Virus record (IMG/VR): IMGVR_UViG_3300029258_005404
Length of the DNA stretch: 64,000 nucleotides
Direction: 5' to 3' (one strand)
DNA from: a virus
Below the pieces are notes generated by a model. It was not told the origin of the DNA, did not search any database, and saw nothing but the letters and a program-made list of their open reading frames with translations. The stretch's first letter is position 1. The number at the start of each line of letters is the position of its first letter. The translations under genes and the position numbers were made by a program. Positions 55,701 to 64,000 of this stretch are shown one piece after another.

Positions 55701-58700
55701 GCAGGTGCCCCGCCAGTTGGAGCAAGTTTCATTGCATCTCTGACCTGTTGAGCAGTAAGACCACCTGCAGCCTGATTGTCTCTGAGAGCCTCAAGCGAAT
55801 CGGTCGTATTATCAAAAGTATCCCAGTCCGCTGTTGCACTCTTGGATGCTATCTTTGCAAATACAGAGTTATCTGTCACATCAGTTCCAGTAACAGCAAC
55901 TGATAGCAGGTGGTCAAGTCCTATATCGCTCAATGCAGTATCAACCTCTGCATTGACATCGAGCTTCGCCTGAGCACCTAATGCATTAACGGTGCCAATA
56001 GTTACCGCGCTCTGGTCTGCATTCAAATCGACATCTGGATGATTCGCAAATGCTCCAGAAGGCAATGCACCAGTTGCCTCATTCAATTCAATATCACCGT
56101 CAGAATTATTTGTTCCGGCAAGATATGACTTACTCGGTAATTTCGCTTCGATGTTGTTCACACCAGTATCAATGTTGTTAATATCTGAATTCGCGGTAAT
56201 AGCAGCATCGCACGCAGTTTGCACATCAGCAGAAGACAGGTCATTCAATCCTTCAACTGTTGACTTAATCGAATCAATTTCATCATCCTTATCACTCTGG
56301 ACACTTGAACCCATGATGTAATTCGTTGGAAGTTTTGCCTCAATATTATTAACACCAGTATCTATATCAGTGAGAGCACCGCTATTCGGAAGATTATCTG
56401 TGACAGCTTTAATATCATCAACCACACTATCTACAGTATCTATCTTCGTCTCATTCGCATCGATGTTATCCATAATATCTTTATACACAGAGCCGGAAAC
56501 AGCTCCTGTTCCAGACACATCTCTTTCCTTCATTGCCTCTGCAATAATATCGGCATTTGTCGTATTATCAGCCAATGTTACAGAACCAGGATTCTCTTCA
56601 ACGATATTTGTAGTACGTGCATACTGAAGCAATGCAGAAGACTCTTCAAGCTTAAATGATGCTATCCACTGTTCCTGTGTCTCAGTACTTGGAAGCTTAT
56701 AATACGTCTCATAAACACCTGTACTAATCTTCACCATCTTCCACATATTCGAGTCTATTGTACCAGCGGTCGCTGGAGTAGAACCTGACGCATCATCAAA
56801 AAACGCATCTTTATCAGTCCCATCAACACCCTCATAGAGAATATCAATTTCATTATTATCTGGGTCTTCCATATTACCATCAGTATCATAAAAATGCGCT
56901 GTTATCTTATACATCTTAGTACCGGTATCAGGTATCAACATGTTTGTTGGAACAGTTGCAACAAATCTCGTATTGTTCTGAATACCATCAACACTGGACT
57001 GTACACCGTCAATCTGGTCTGACAAGGTTTCAAGAGTGTCTCCATCTGCACCGGTCCTCGCAACAGCAGTCGAACCAGTATCGGCAGATGTAAGTGGATA
57101 AGCTGTAGTCTCATCAAACTTAGAAGCTGTTATTGCATCATCATTTAATCCAACATTCGGGTGATTTGCAAATGCACCAGAAGGCAACGCTCCAGTTGCA
57201 TCGTTCAATTCAATATCACCATCAGAATTCGCTGTTCCTGTAAGATATGATTTGCTCGGAAGTTTCGCTTCAATATTATTTACACCAGTATCAATATCAG
57301 TCAGGGCACCTGAGTTAGGAAGGTTATCAGTTACTGCTTTAATTGCATCAATTTCATCATCTTTATCTGTCTGAACTGAGGAGCCCATGATATAATTAGT
57401 CGGGAGTTTTGCTTCGATATTATTTACACCGGTATCTATATTATCAATTTCATTAGCATCAATATCTTTACCAGTTATTCCACCAATGAGACTTAATCCG
57501 TGACCGCTGCCAGTTCCATTAAGCTGCATTCCATCACAATTAGACCCTGCACCTGCATAAATTCCATGTCCTGCGGTTGATGTGATACGTAGCCCATCAT
57601 CTTGTGCAGCTATTTCAAATCCATAACTTCCAGTTGTAGATACATAAATTCCTTTTTGATTCGATGCTATTGAAATCCCATTGCCACCCGTTGCTGATAC
57701 ATTAATACCAATCCCGGCAGCATTGGTTATATCTACACCAACGCCGGATGTTGTATCAATACTGACAGCATCCCCAGAAGTATTTCCGCCTTTAATCCAT
57801 ACGCCACGGCCAGTTTCTCCGCCTTGTACTTCAATACCGGCCCCAGTTCCACTGCCCCCTATCAATACACCAGGATAATTTCCAGTATTGCAATATATTT
57901 CAACGCCAGCCTGAGATGATTCAATGTAAACACCTTGGCCGCTTGTTGCAGCTACTGAAATTCCATGGCCATCTGTGGTTGATACATTAATACCTTTACC
58001 AGATGTTGAACCACCAATTACATCCATTCCGTTTCCAGTTGGTCCGCCTTGGGCTTTTAATCCAGCATTTGAACCAACTCCAAAAGCATAGATTCCATTT
58101 CCATTATTCGGAGCCTGAGCGAACAATCCATGGCCAGATGAGTTTCCACCAATCAATGCTGCTCCATGTCCAGCTGAACCACCGAGGCCATATATACCAG
58201 ATCCGCCACCATTCCCCTCTGCGCGTATTCCAGAATCTCCACCGCCTGCAGCTTTTGTATGAATACCATGGCCGCCAGCAGCACCACCAGAGGAATATAT
58301 TCCATTACCAGAAGCTCCACCTTCTATATACGCACCATTTCCACTTGTTGATGTTATTTTTAATCCATCACCTGAAGTTCCGCCCCCATAAACACGTATG
58401 CCCTCTCCGGTGGCCCCGGCTTGGACTTTTATACCTGCTCCAGCCCCATTTGCTGTTATATCAATAGCATTGACACCAGTTCCTGTAATGTCAATATCAA
58501 TTCCAGGGCCTGCTGAGTTTTGAATATCAATAGCACCACCGGCATCGGCCGCATTTATTGCAAGTTTAGTAAGAGTCATCTGTGCACCGGTTCCATCCAT
58601 GATAGCTTCAAGATTATCCGCAGCCGTAGAATCATCACTGATTTGCTTCATATTAGACACTGCTGGTCTTGTCCAAATAATAACCTCCTGGTCATCCCAC

Positions 58701-58987
58701 TCTTTTGGACTCGTCTGGTCTATAAACTGGACAATAATCGGATACTTTGTATCATCTGGATTCAATTCAGTTGCTGTAAAGGTAACAAGAAGCTGGGCTG
58801 TCGCTCCAGATATAGCAGAAGGAAGTGTACCTATGTTTGACACATTCCAACTTCCGCCTGTATGCCTTATAATCTTAACGTCTCCAGCAGCAAGTGTCGG
58901 ATTCGATTTGTAACTTGGTCGGTTCGCAGCATCAACCAATGGAATTACAGCATACGATGCAACATTTTGTTCTCTTAATATTTCCAT
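49742..58987 (-). CDS. Giant (3081 aa) Gly-rich repetitive virion/fibre protein
   Basis: AAGGAG SD; three Gly-rich beta-helix-like blocks and internal duplications; located in the structural operon. Confidence 0.8.
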   Translation of the reverse strand: MEILREQNVASYAVIPLVDAANRPSYKSNPTLAAGDVKIIRHTGGSWNVSNIGTLPSAISGATAQLLVTFTATELNPDDTKYPIIVQFIDQTSPKEWDDQEVIIWTRPAVSNMKQISDDSTAADNLEAIMDGTGAQMTLTKLAINAADAGGAIDIQNSAGPGIDIDITGTGVNAIDITANGAGAGIKVQAGATGEGIRVYGGGTSGDGLKITSTSGNGAYIEGGASGNGIYSSGGAAGGHGIHTKAAGGGDSGIRAEGNGGGSGIYGLGGSAGHGAALIGGNSSGHGLFAQAPNNGNGIYAFGVGSNAGLKAQGGPTGNGMDVIGGSTSGKGINVSTTDGHGISVAATSGQGVYIESSQAGVEIYCNTGNYPGVLIGGSGTGAGIEVQGGETGRGVWIKGGNTSGDAVSIDTTSGVGVDITNAAGIGINVSATGGNGISIASNQKGIYVSTTGSYGFEIAAQDDGLRITSTAGHGIYAGAGSNCDGMQLNGTGSGHGLSLIGGITGKDIDANEIDNIDTGVNNIEAKLPTNYIMGSSVQTDKDDEIDAIKAVTDNLPNSGALTDIDTGVNNIEAKLPSKSYLTGTANSDGDIELNDATGALPSGAFANHPNVGLNDDAITASKFDETTAYPLTSADTGSTAVARTGADGDTLETLSDQIDGVQSSVDGIQNNTRFVATVPTNMLIPDTGTKMYKITAHFYDTDGNMEDPDNNEIDILYEGVDGTDKDAFFDDASGSTPATAGTIDSNMWKMVKISTGVYETYYKLPSTETQEQWIASFKLEESSALLQYARTTNIVEENPGSVTLADNTTNADIIAEAMKERDVSGTGAVSGSVYKDIMDNIDANETKIDTVDSVVDDIKAVTDNLPNSGALTDIDTGVNNIEAKLPTNYIMGSSVQSDKDDEIDSIKSTVEGLNDLSSADVQTACDAAITANSDINNIDTGVNNIEAKLPSKSYLAGTNNSDGDIELNEATGALPSGAFANHPDVDLNADQSAVTIGTVNALGAQAKLDVNAEVDTALSDIGLDHLLSVAVTGTDVTDNSVFAKIASKSATADWDTFDNTTDSLEALRDNQAAGGLTAQQVRDAMKLAPTGGAPAAGSIDTHLDDIQTVTDALPNAGALTDIDTGVNNIEAKLPTNYIMGSSVQTDKDDEINAIKAVTDNLPNSGALTDIDTGVNNIEAKLPSKSYLAGTANADGDIQLDEATGAFVVGAYANHPAVNLNDDAITASKFDETTAYPLTSADTGSTAVARTGADGDTLETLSDQIDSVQTSVNGIQNNTKFVATVPTYMIIPAAGNTMYKITAHFYDSDGNMEDPDNNEIDILYENVSGGDKDAFFDDAGGTTPATAGVIDANMWKMVKISTGVYETYYKIPNTESEDQWTATFKLEESSTLLNYSRSTNVLAATPGTTTLADNTTNKDIIAEALKERDVSGTGAVSGSIYKDINDNIDANETKIDTIDTNVDTIVSKLPTNYIMGSSDQSDKDDEIDAIVAQLGSGVDLGDGTSITEMLTAIAGKTSDAGSYDRTTDSQEAIRDNQGSGAVDANVVSIDGQATNGNNATLNLKQLNIQNSDTDAPGILVRGNGAGAGIDVQGGITGNGIDVAGGSTSGEGIDISTTNGVGVLVTPGGTSKVGIKVYGSSSGGDAVHLSNHPTQSGSGLSIFGNGAYNAINISCLGGSGAGIGIFGGTNQSAIKISGNGTGAGIEIAGGATGHGIEVAGGSTSGKGIDITTTNGQGVSITAGGSSGIGISVNSQGAGIYVSAGNGGAGGTAMILACNSDGYALKLDGASDNGGSLYINSRNTGSIPAVKIDSNSTGKAIEIKGGSTSGHGIDISTTDGNGMNIIANSSAGNIGIYTEGKTIGIQAQGETNGIWARSYAVIPPSGAGFKATGNGGPGIEAEGEGSFAGIYAKGGSTGPGFHAVGGNSSGSGIKAEAVAAPSGHGIEAIGVGSGYCGIYAQGDGTGAGIRSKGGTTGPGFHAVGGDSSGSGIKAEAVAAPSGHGIEAIAVGSGYHGFYAKGDGSGSGAKFEGGATGNGINIVGGSTSGNGINISATDGNGIKSVGGNSGAGAYFNSDSTGAGIEIVGGPTSGHGISINTVNGNGVNINAAATAGNIGIYTKGKAIGLKSEGETNGIYALTASAGPPASGAGFKAEGYGGPGIEALGEGAYAGIYSKGGATGNGLEVVGGSTSGNGINISATDGHGIISQAGGNNDGLRLWGSGTESGLRLVPGITGYGAYIQGSPSHPALNVTGGPGQLGLYIQGGSGAAKLEAIPSGIALELKGNGANSGLKVEGGATGNGVEIVGGSTSGMGIDVSTTDGYGIYVGPGGTKRAIQMDGGVQVAAGESGDALTLIADPGNYSLRGLAGAFIQAGPNQNGLLVQGNGSGHGFSCVKGTTGKDIDADEIDAILPAISAIDIEGGCDDALNAYDSGNGVARQSSVDSIQNNTRFVATIPSYCLIPVAGSNIYKLQVHFYDSAGNMEDPDLNEKETGTNTSTGTNKLYDTLATFQTNGVQIGDVVYNDTDLTEANVTVVNGEDELTLDADIFTGTGKTYRVGMPEFSIDLETANGTDKNALLYKEFALSNALDNSVKFSGYKELEREAKGIFFCYMEIVNTENEAQFMYDFACEEGSVALHYSRTTLVLEEAPEGVINANLVSIDDELTSGNNATLNLKQLNIYNDGGAAIIATSDTTHAIQAVAGTNGDAINLTGAGNGAGLFVGGGDTGHALEIAAAVGNGIDISTTDGHGIDIAVGANNNNGINVTAMGGSGSSGIKVTTLGTGIGVTSVGYAVSLDGGMLISGGTDATGLVIQGNGIGNGITVEAGSTGVGLSVLGGSTSGDAVRLDSVLGRALFAKSQNANGDYAVEIQSLANGGGLACYGNNGIGLDIGTSGAGIPAIKVFASAGNGALIEGGSGGTYNGLRIESNSGAGISVQAVGGHAFHAEVAGGGSFNGIHVQGFNAGAGMRFEGGVVGSGIEVIGGSSDGYGLNIQSQAGDKAGFIMRGNGTGKDIDAAEINNVTSEILGMTIDGTATFSVAMRQILAYCGGNINRAGSVYTYRNYDDNADVMVISGSAAGRTRS
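54610..57440 (-). repeat. Internal ~1-kb duplication in the giant gene (about 56430-57440 and 54610-55625)
   Basis: Near-identical ~340-aa protein blocks with many synonymous differences. Confidence 0.85.
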
Positions 58988-59003
58988 AATAACTCCTTAG
59001 AAA

Positions 59004-62000
59004 TTATCTGGCACCTCTTCCGATACCAGCTCCCACGCCTCGGTAAATACAAGGTATAATAAGTTCTCCAGCGCATGTATTATAAACAAGATATAAACTA
59101 TACCAAAATCTACTATATGCCCCACTACTGTCAGTCGGCCATGCTGCCGGAAAAGCAACATCAGGGTCTGTACTTACAGCAGCAGAGGCAAACCTTCCAT
59201 CAGCCCTCTGAAAATCACTTCCCTCTGGGCTTGTATTATATCTCACTGAAAACCCAGACGGCAATTTCATCGCAATCCACAATTGAGTATTTTTAGGAAT
59301 AGATGCCAACCCACCATCTAATTCTTGCCATTCTTCTGTTCCAGAACCAGATGTTTTTCCACAGTCTTTGACAAGAAATGCGGTCGGTGGTGTAAATACA
59401 ACCCCGGATGTCTGCCAATCAGCATCTTCCATATTTGTCAATGTTCCATCATTATCATTACTTGTTTCATCAGCGGCATTCGTGCCACTTGATTCATTTA
59501 GTTTCCAATACCCTACCAGGTTTGCTGCCGAAGGTGAAACGCTCAAATGCATATTATCATATATCTCAGCATCAGTACGAACATCACTCCACATTCGAAC
59601 TTCATCAAGTTTCCCGACAAAATATTCAGTGTCGTTTCCAGCCTGCCCAAGAGTCATATTAATACCAGTTGTAGTAGCAGGGTTTGAATTATTCACCTGA
59701 TTAGTAAACTGACCATCTATATAAAACCGCGCATCATTCGTACCATTAATAGTCACAGCAGCATGAAACCACCTATCCAATGGACATGACTGATTCGATT
59801 CATAATCATGCTTTCCAAATGAAGTATATCTCAAATACCCATTGCTTGTATTATAACCGAAACCGACACCGTTATCTCCGTTTCGTGACCCAATCCATCT
59901 TATTACTCCAGTCTGCCCATGGTCAGATGGTATATATACCCAGCATTCAAGTGTAAAGTTATTTGTAAAATTAAATACTGAATCGTTACCTATATCAACA
60001 TACTCAGGGTCTCCATCGAAATTCAGACAATTGCCCTGAGCAGGACCTGAATACACAGCCAATCTTGCCTGTGCAGAATGGGTGTCGCCTATTCTCACCA
60101 CAACTCTATCTAATAGCATGTTATCAATATCTGGAGATATACCACCAAATGCTAAAGCCTGAGTCAATCCTGTTCCATTAGTAGCCAATGCCTTTGTTAT
60201 TCCCCAACTGCTGGCACCAATAGTGATTATTACAATTCTTCCGTCATTCCCATCAGAACCATTACTGGTTGTTCCGCCGCCATTTCCGCCATATCCTGCG
60301 TTATCACCATAGTCATCATCACTGGTATTCGGTGGAGTTTGTGAAGAAGCCTGCTGATTAGACGTATCAGTTGCAGTCCCAATTATATAATTTGAACCGC
60401 CACCGCCGCCACCACCGCCGGCATTTCCTGATGCAGAACACGAACCTCCACCACCACCGGCACGACCTGAGCCGCCGCCGCCGCCGCCAGCAAATCCGGC
60501 TTGTGCTCCCATGTTACCACCACCACCGGCACCACCGTTTGTTATACCACCATTGTCTTCATTTCCTTTGCTGTTGTCATTATTACGGCCATCTCCTCCA
60601 TTTCCACCAGCTCCAGACACAAGAGATCGAACCCAATCAGAATCTTCCATATTTTGAGTTGTACCATCTCGACCGTTTGATGTAGAATCAGCAACATTAG
60701 TTCCTGATGTTTCATTCATTTTCCAATAAGCTTCAAGGCCGGATTCGTCACCATTAAGTTCTACCCATGCATTATCTGATAATTCAGAAAGCGTTCTTAC
60801 ATCATTCCAGATTCTTACATCATCAATTTCACGTAACCAATAAGATGTTCCAACATCATTACCGATTCTAACATCCAAACTCGATGATGTATTAACAGTT
60901 CGTGATGAGCTGGAGCTTATTGTTTCTTCAACACCATCGACATACAATTTAGTATCAGTAACATTTCCACTTGCAGGAAAAGTACATGCCACTCTGTGCC
61001 ATTTACCATCATCGAGTACTGTTGTTCCTATTACATACCCATTAGTAACTTCTACTCTTAATTGTCCTGTAGTAGGCTCTAATTTAAAAACCCATTTAGC
61101 ACCATCCCCTGACGCAGATCCCCAAGAGAGAATTGTATATCCACGACTTTCTGTACGAATCAAAGCTTCACAAGATCGCGCTCCTGTTCCGGTTATTCCT
61201 TTGTATCCAGATATGTTAACATATTCGTTTGTACCACCAAATGATAGGCAGTTATGAAAATCAACAGATGAATTTATAAAAGGGTCGCCATCACTACCAT
61301 AATTTGCGCCCCCAATTCCTGCATCACCTCCAGCAGTTTGCGTTCCTCCACCACCGCCACCAGCACTACTTGATGCTCCGCCAGATCCACCTGTTGTACC
61401 TCCACCAGCACCACCGGCTCCTCCAGCAGTGCCTGATGAATTATCTCCGCCACCGCCACCACCACCTGCGCCAGCTATAAACAATGCTGTAGAGCCTCTG
61501 AAAATCGATGAACGTCCACCTCCACCGCCACCACCTCCAGAATATGCTCCTGGATAAGTCCCATTTTCACCCATACCGCCAACATGTAGAGTGAGTGTCT
61601 CGCCTGGAGTTACAGCAATTGTTCCCTTCACATAGCCACCACCACCACCGGCACCGCCTGAACTTGCTGTACCACCAGCAGCACCACCTCCACCAGCACC
61701 CCAAGCCTTGACTGTAAGCTGGGTCACACATCTCGGAACTTTGAATGATTGGCTACCAGGCGTATTGAATATAAAACTTCCAGATGTACCGCCACCAGGC
61801 TCAGTATAAGTCACATACAATTTAACCTGTGATATCTCTATCCAGCGTGTAGTTGCATTATCACTTCTGGTAAGAACAATACCCCAATTATCAGCAGCAT
61901 CGTCTATCCAACTTTGAACAAGGTCTTTGATATTGCTCCCACTATCAAGTATCGTATACCATCCATTATCAAGAACACTTCCGACATTATTAAGCTCAGT

Positions 62001-62330
62001 ATCCCAATACTCATGTGTTCCCGGGAAATTACCAAAATCATCATAAATTGGAGGACTTGACCAACTATCAGGGTCGGTCTTATTCTGCTCCATAGCATAA
62101 ACTGTCTGAGCCTCTGTACCGGAACCACTATCAGTAACCTGAAATTGCAAATACGCAGAATCAATTGTTTTACCAGCAAGTGAGGAAACATCAAATTGAC
62201 ATAATGTCTCATAAACATATCCATTAGACCTCAAATACATACCAGCTCTCGGTGGTGTCACATTCGTATCACCATCGAAATTATTATTCCAAAGTCCGTA
62301 TGCTGTTGCTGTAAAATTTACTTCTGGCAA
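59004..62330 (-). CDS. Tail fibre/receptor-binding-like protein with two LamG (concanavalin-A-like) domains and Gly-rich linkers
   Basis: LSFGG...WHRVA.T...LYVDG...IDDVRIW and LNFDG...FTLE.W...WFHAAVT...FYIDG...LDEVRMW; GGGGG tracts. Confidence 0.8.
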   Translation of the reverse strand: MPEVNFTATAYGLWNNNFDGDTNVTPPRAGMYLRSNGYVYETLCQFDVSSLAGKTIDSAYLQFQVTDSGSGTEAQTVYAMEQNKTDPDSWSSPPIYDDFGNFPGTHEYWDTELNNVGSVLDNGWYTILDSGSNIKDLVQSWIDDAADNWGIVLTRSDNATTRWIEISQVKLYVTYTEPGGGTSGSFIFNTPGSQSFKVPRCVTQLTVKAWGAGGGGAAGGTASSGGAGGGGGYVKGTIAVTPGETLTLHVGGMGENGTYPGAYSGGGGGGGGRSSIFRGSTALFIAGAGGGGGGGDNSSGTAGGAGGAGGGTTGGSGGASSSAGGGGGGTQTAGGDAGIGGANYGSDGDPFINSSVDFHNCLSFGGTNEYVNISGYKGITGTGARSCEALIRTESRGYTILSWGSASGDGAKWVFKLEPTTGQLRVEVTNGYVIGTTVLDDGKWHRVACTFPASGNVTDTKLYVDGVEETISSSSSRTVNTSSSLDVRIGNDVGTSYWLREIDDVRIWNDVRTLSELSDNAWVELNGDESGLEAYWKMNETSGTNVADSTSNGRDGTTQNMEDSDWVRSLVSGAGGNGGDGRNNDNSKGNEDNGGITNGGAGGGGNMGAQAGFAGGGGGGSGRAGGGGGSCSASGNAGGGGGGGGSNYIIGTATDTSNQQASSQTPPNTSDDDYGDNAGYGGNGGGTTSNGSDGNDGRIVIITIGASSWGITKALATNGTGLTQALAFGGISPDIDNMLLDRVVVRIGDTHSAQARLAVYSGPAQGNCLNFDGDPEYVDIGNDSVFNFTNNFTLECWVYIPSDHGQTGVIRWIGSRNGDNGVGFGYNTSNGYLRYTSFGKHDYESNQSCPLDRWFHAAVTINGTNDARFYIDGQFTNQVNNSNPATTTGINMTLGQAGNDTEYFVGKLDEVRMWSDVRTDAEIYDNMHLSVSPSAANLVGYWKLNESSGTNAADETSNDNDGTLTNMEDADWQTSGVVFTPPTAFLVKDCGKTSGSGTEEWQELDGGLASIPKNTQLWIAMKLPSGFSVRYNTSPEGSDFQRADGRFASAAVSTDPDVAFPAAWPTDSSGAYSRFWYSLYLVYNTCAGELIIPCIYRGVGAGIGRGAR

Positions 62331-62342
62331 AACATATTCTCC

Positions 62343-62876
62343 TTAACCACTTAACTCTCTCAAATTTGTTGACACTTCAATATCTTCAATATCAACATAA
62401 TTTTTGAAACCTTTTGTATCAGATACAGCGGGATTTTCAGAACTACTACTCATTAATCTAACATTCAAAGTCTGATGCAATAATGGCTTTTCAGGTGATA
62501 CACCATAATTCTCATATGATATAATCAAATCAACCCATTCACCTGACAATCTAACAAATTTAGCCGGTGGATATTTTTTCTCAAATTCAATAATAGCTGC
62601 TGCTATCTTACTAACCATAAACTTATATGTGGTATCAAATTCAGTAAACAAATCAATAAGAATTTGAGCCTTTTCAGCAGTATATGGTGGATCAAATTCA
62701 TTAGGCCCATTAAATATTGTTTCATCGAATGATCCTGGAACAAATTCAGCAGTTGTATCAGTATTTCTTATCCAAAGCATACCTTTCATCTTTTGATCAA
62801 TTTCTGCATTACTTTTAGAAGGTATTCTATTTTTAATTGTATCTTTTGATGTTTCTATTGGATTATATTGTGCCAT
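62343..62876 (-). CDS. Hypothetical structural-region protein
   Basis: 177-aa ORF in the operon. Confidence 0.6.
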   Translation of the reverse strand: MAQYNPIETSKDTIKNRIPSKSNAEIDQKMKGMLWIRNTDTTAEFVPGSFDETIFNGPNEFDPPYTAEKAQILIDLFTEFDTTYKFMVSKIAAAIIEFEKKYPPAKFVRLSGEWVDLIISYENYGVSPEKPLLHQTLNVRLMSSSSENPAVSDTKGFKNYVDIEDIEVSTNLRELSG

Positions 62877-62884
62877 AATAAACC

Positions 62885-63961
62885 CTATGGAATTGCCCTT
62901 ATTACCGGGCTTCTTAATAATATATCAATTGATGTAGTTGATAATGGTTTTGCTATTATCATAAAAAATCCAATACCCTCAGCTTGAGGTGTTTGGGTTA
63001 AATTTCCGGCGCCATCAAAGAAAATACTTTTTCCGACATCCCAACTCCAGCTTGGATTTGATAATACTCCCATTTTTTGAACCATTACATCCATACCTAT
63101 ACTGGCAACATTTAAATTTATCCCGACAATTCTGTTTAAATGGTCTATATTGGTATAATCTGCAATTATTACTTTACCATCATCATTTACTGCACAAACT
63201 TTCATTGTGGTAGAAATAATTTCAGCTGAAATAAATGTATCAATACCGATTGCCCCAGTACTATATTTTAATTTTAATTTGCCATCTTCAATTACAAAGT
63301 CGTCATCATTTATTTCAAGAGCTAAATCCTGTTGCCCATCAGTGATAATTAATGGGGCATTAACTGTAACAGGCATATGATCATTAAAATAAGGTGTTGT
63401 ACTTCCGGTGCCGCCTTCTTCACTTGGGGGAACTTCTGGTATCCCATCAACATCAAGAAAATATTCATTATCATCTGGATTAAGCTCTTCCAGAGTTAAT
63501 AATTGACTAAGAATATAATTTTGTTTTGATAAAATTACGGTAGAGCCTTCTAATTCGCTTAATTTAGGCAGCTTCGTTGTTTCAACGTGTGTAATAACAT
63601 ATCGTTTATAGTCGTCTTGATTAACTATTAAATCTTTCGGACGTAATAAAGGATAATTACACACTCTTGCGCGCTTAGTATCGTATACATTTTCCCATTC
63701 TTTCTGTCCATCGGTCTTTCTTGGATCAGAATCAAAAGATATCTGAGTGGCAATTGGTTGATAATATCCAACAACGAAACCGGTCCCATGGCATGTATCA
63801 CAATGTGATTTTATTACTTGTCTACGTTCATATGACCAACATGTTGGACATCGTGCTCCAAAACTTTTTCGTTTGATAATAAGACATGGTTCGCCATGAT
63901 ACATTCGATATAAAGTATCTTCGGCATGTTTAATAGTTTCGTGTACACCATTTTTGTACAT
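62885..63961 (-). CDS. Putative neck/head-completion protein with Zn-finger N-terminus and DUF2190-like C-terminal domain
   Basis: CPTCW...CDTCHGTGF..GYY..I; C-terminal ..GI....A..G..V.V...G...N..W.W..G..IF....G.LT. Confidence 0.5.
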   Translation of the reverse strand: MYKNGVHETIKHAEDTLYRMYHGEPCLIIKRKSFGARCPTCWSYERRQVIKSHCDTCHGTGFVVGYYQPIATQISFDSDPRKTDGQKEWENVYDTKRARVCNYPLLRPKDLIVNQDDYKRYVITHVETTKLPKLSELEGSTVILSKQNYILSQLLTLEELNPDDNEYFLDVDGIPEVPPSEEGGTGSTTPYFNDHMPVTVNAPLIITDGQQDLALEINDDDFVIEDGKLKLKYSTGAIGIDTFISAEIISTTMKVCAVNDDGKVIIADYTNIDHLNRIVGINLNVASIGMDVMVQKMGVLSNPSWSWDVGKSIFFDGAGNLTQTPQAEGIGFFMIIAKPLSTTSIDILLRSPVIRAIP

Positions 63962-64000
63962 ACCAATCCATACTTTATCAGAAAATACACCATCACCCTC

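Noticed and set aside
54610-57440. Diversity-generating retroelement TR/VR pair
   Set aside because: Both copies are in-frame coding, differences are synonymous rather than adenine-specific, and no reverse transcriptase is present.
50421-61465. Plus-strand and alternate-frame ORFs overlapping the giant and fibre genes
   Set aside because: Shadow ORFs of Gly-rich repetitive coding DNA with no SDs and biased composition.
1-64000. Genome-wide TAG reassignment (code 15-like)
   Set aside because: Long ORFs (3081, 1108, 851 aa) are intact in the standard code, and TAG ends several genes without sensible downstream fusions.

Overview
A 64-kb segment of a large, AT-rich tailed dsDNA phage with a contractile tail (jumbo/huge-phage-like; host not determinable from this window). 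Bases 1-42.7 kb are plus-strand early/accessory genes: denV-like glycosylase, Pth2-like hydrolase, nucleotidyltransferase, Tad2-family protein, Nudix hydrolase, DinG-like helicase, HAD nucleotidase, PolX-like fragment, phosphoesterase-ligase fusion and many small hypotheticals. They sit in terminator-promoter units that share a recurrent TGTTATAA-N12-TGGTATAA-type motif, and are interspersed with two tRNAs, one tRNA-like RNA and many GC-rich structured intergenic islands. Bases 43.7-64 kb are minus-strand virion genes: tube-like protein, sheath, neck/completion proteins, a 3081-aa repetitive Gly-rich protein and a LamG fibre. Main candidate system: a 404-aa TnpB/Cas12f-like protein with substituted RuvC catalytic residues and no Zn-finger/RuvC-III tail (1693-2907). 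It is followed by decayed repeats, a 7-repeat CRISPR array with type I-E-like repeats (3113-3504) and a structured anti-repeat (tracrRNA-like) region, with no cas1/cas2/cas6 or transposase nearby; this fits a phage-encoded nuclease-dead RNA-guided DNA-binding system. Second highlight: the GC-rich tad2-like gene lies between two attC-like hairpin sites with the signature of an integron-type cassette insertion. Also notable: an amber (CUA) tRNA with a Gly-like acceptor stem and a ~0.85-kb structured non-coding locus at the strand switch. All family assignments are from motif recognition by eye; no database searches or folding programs were run.
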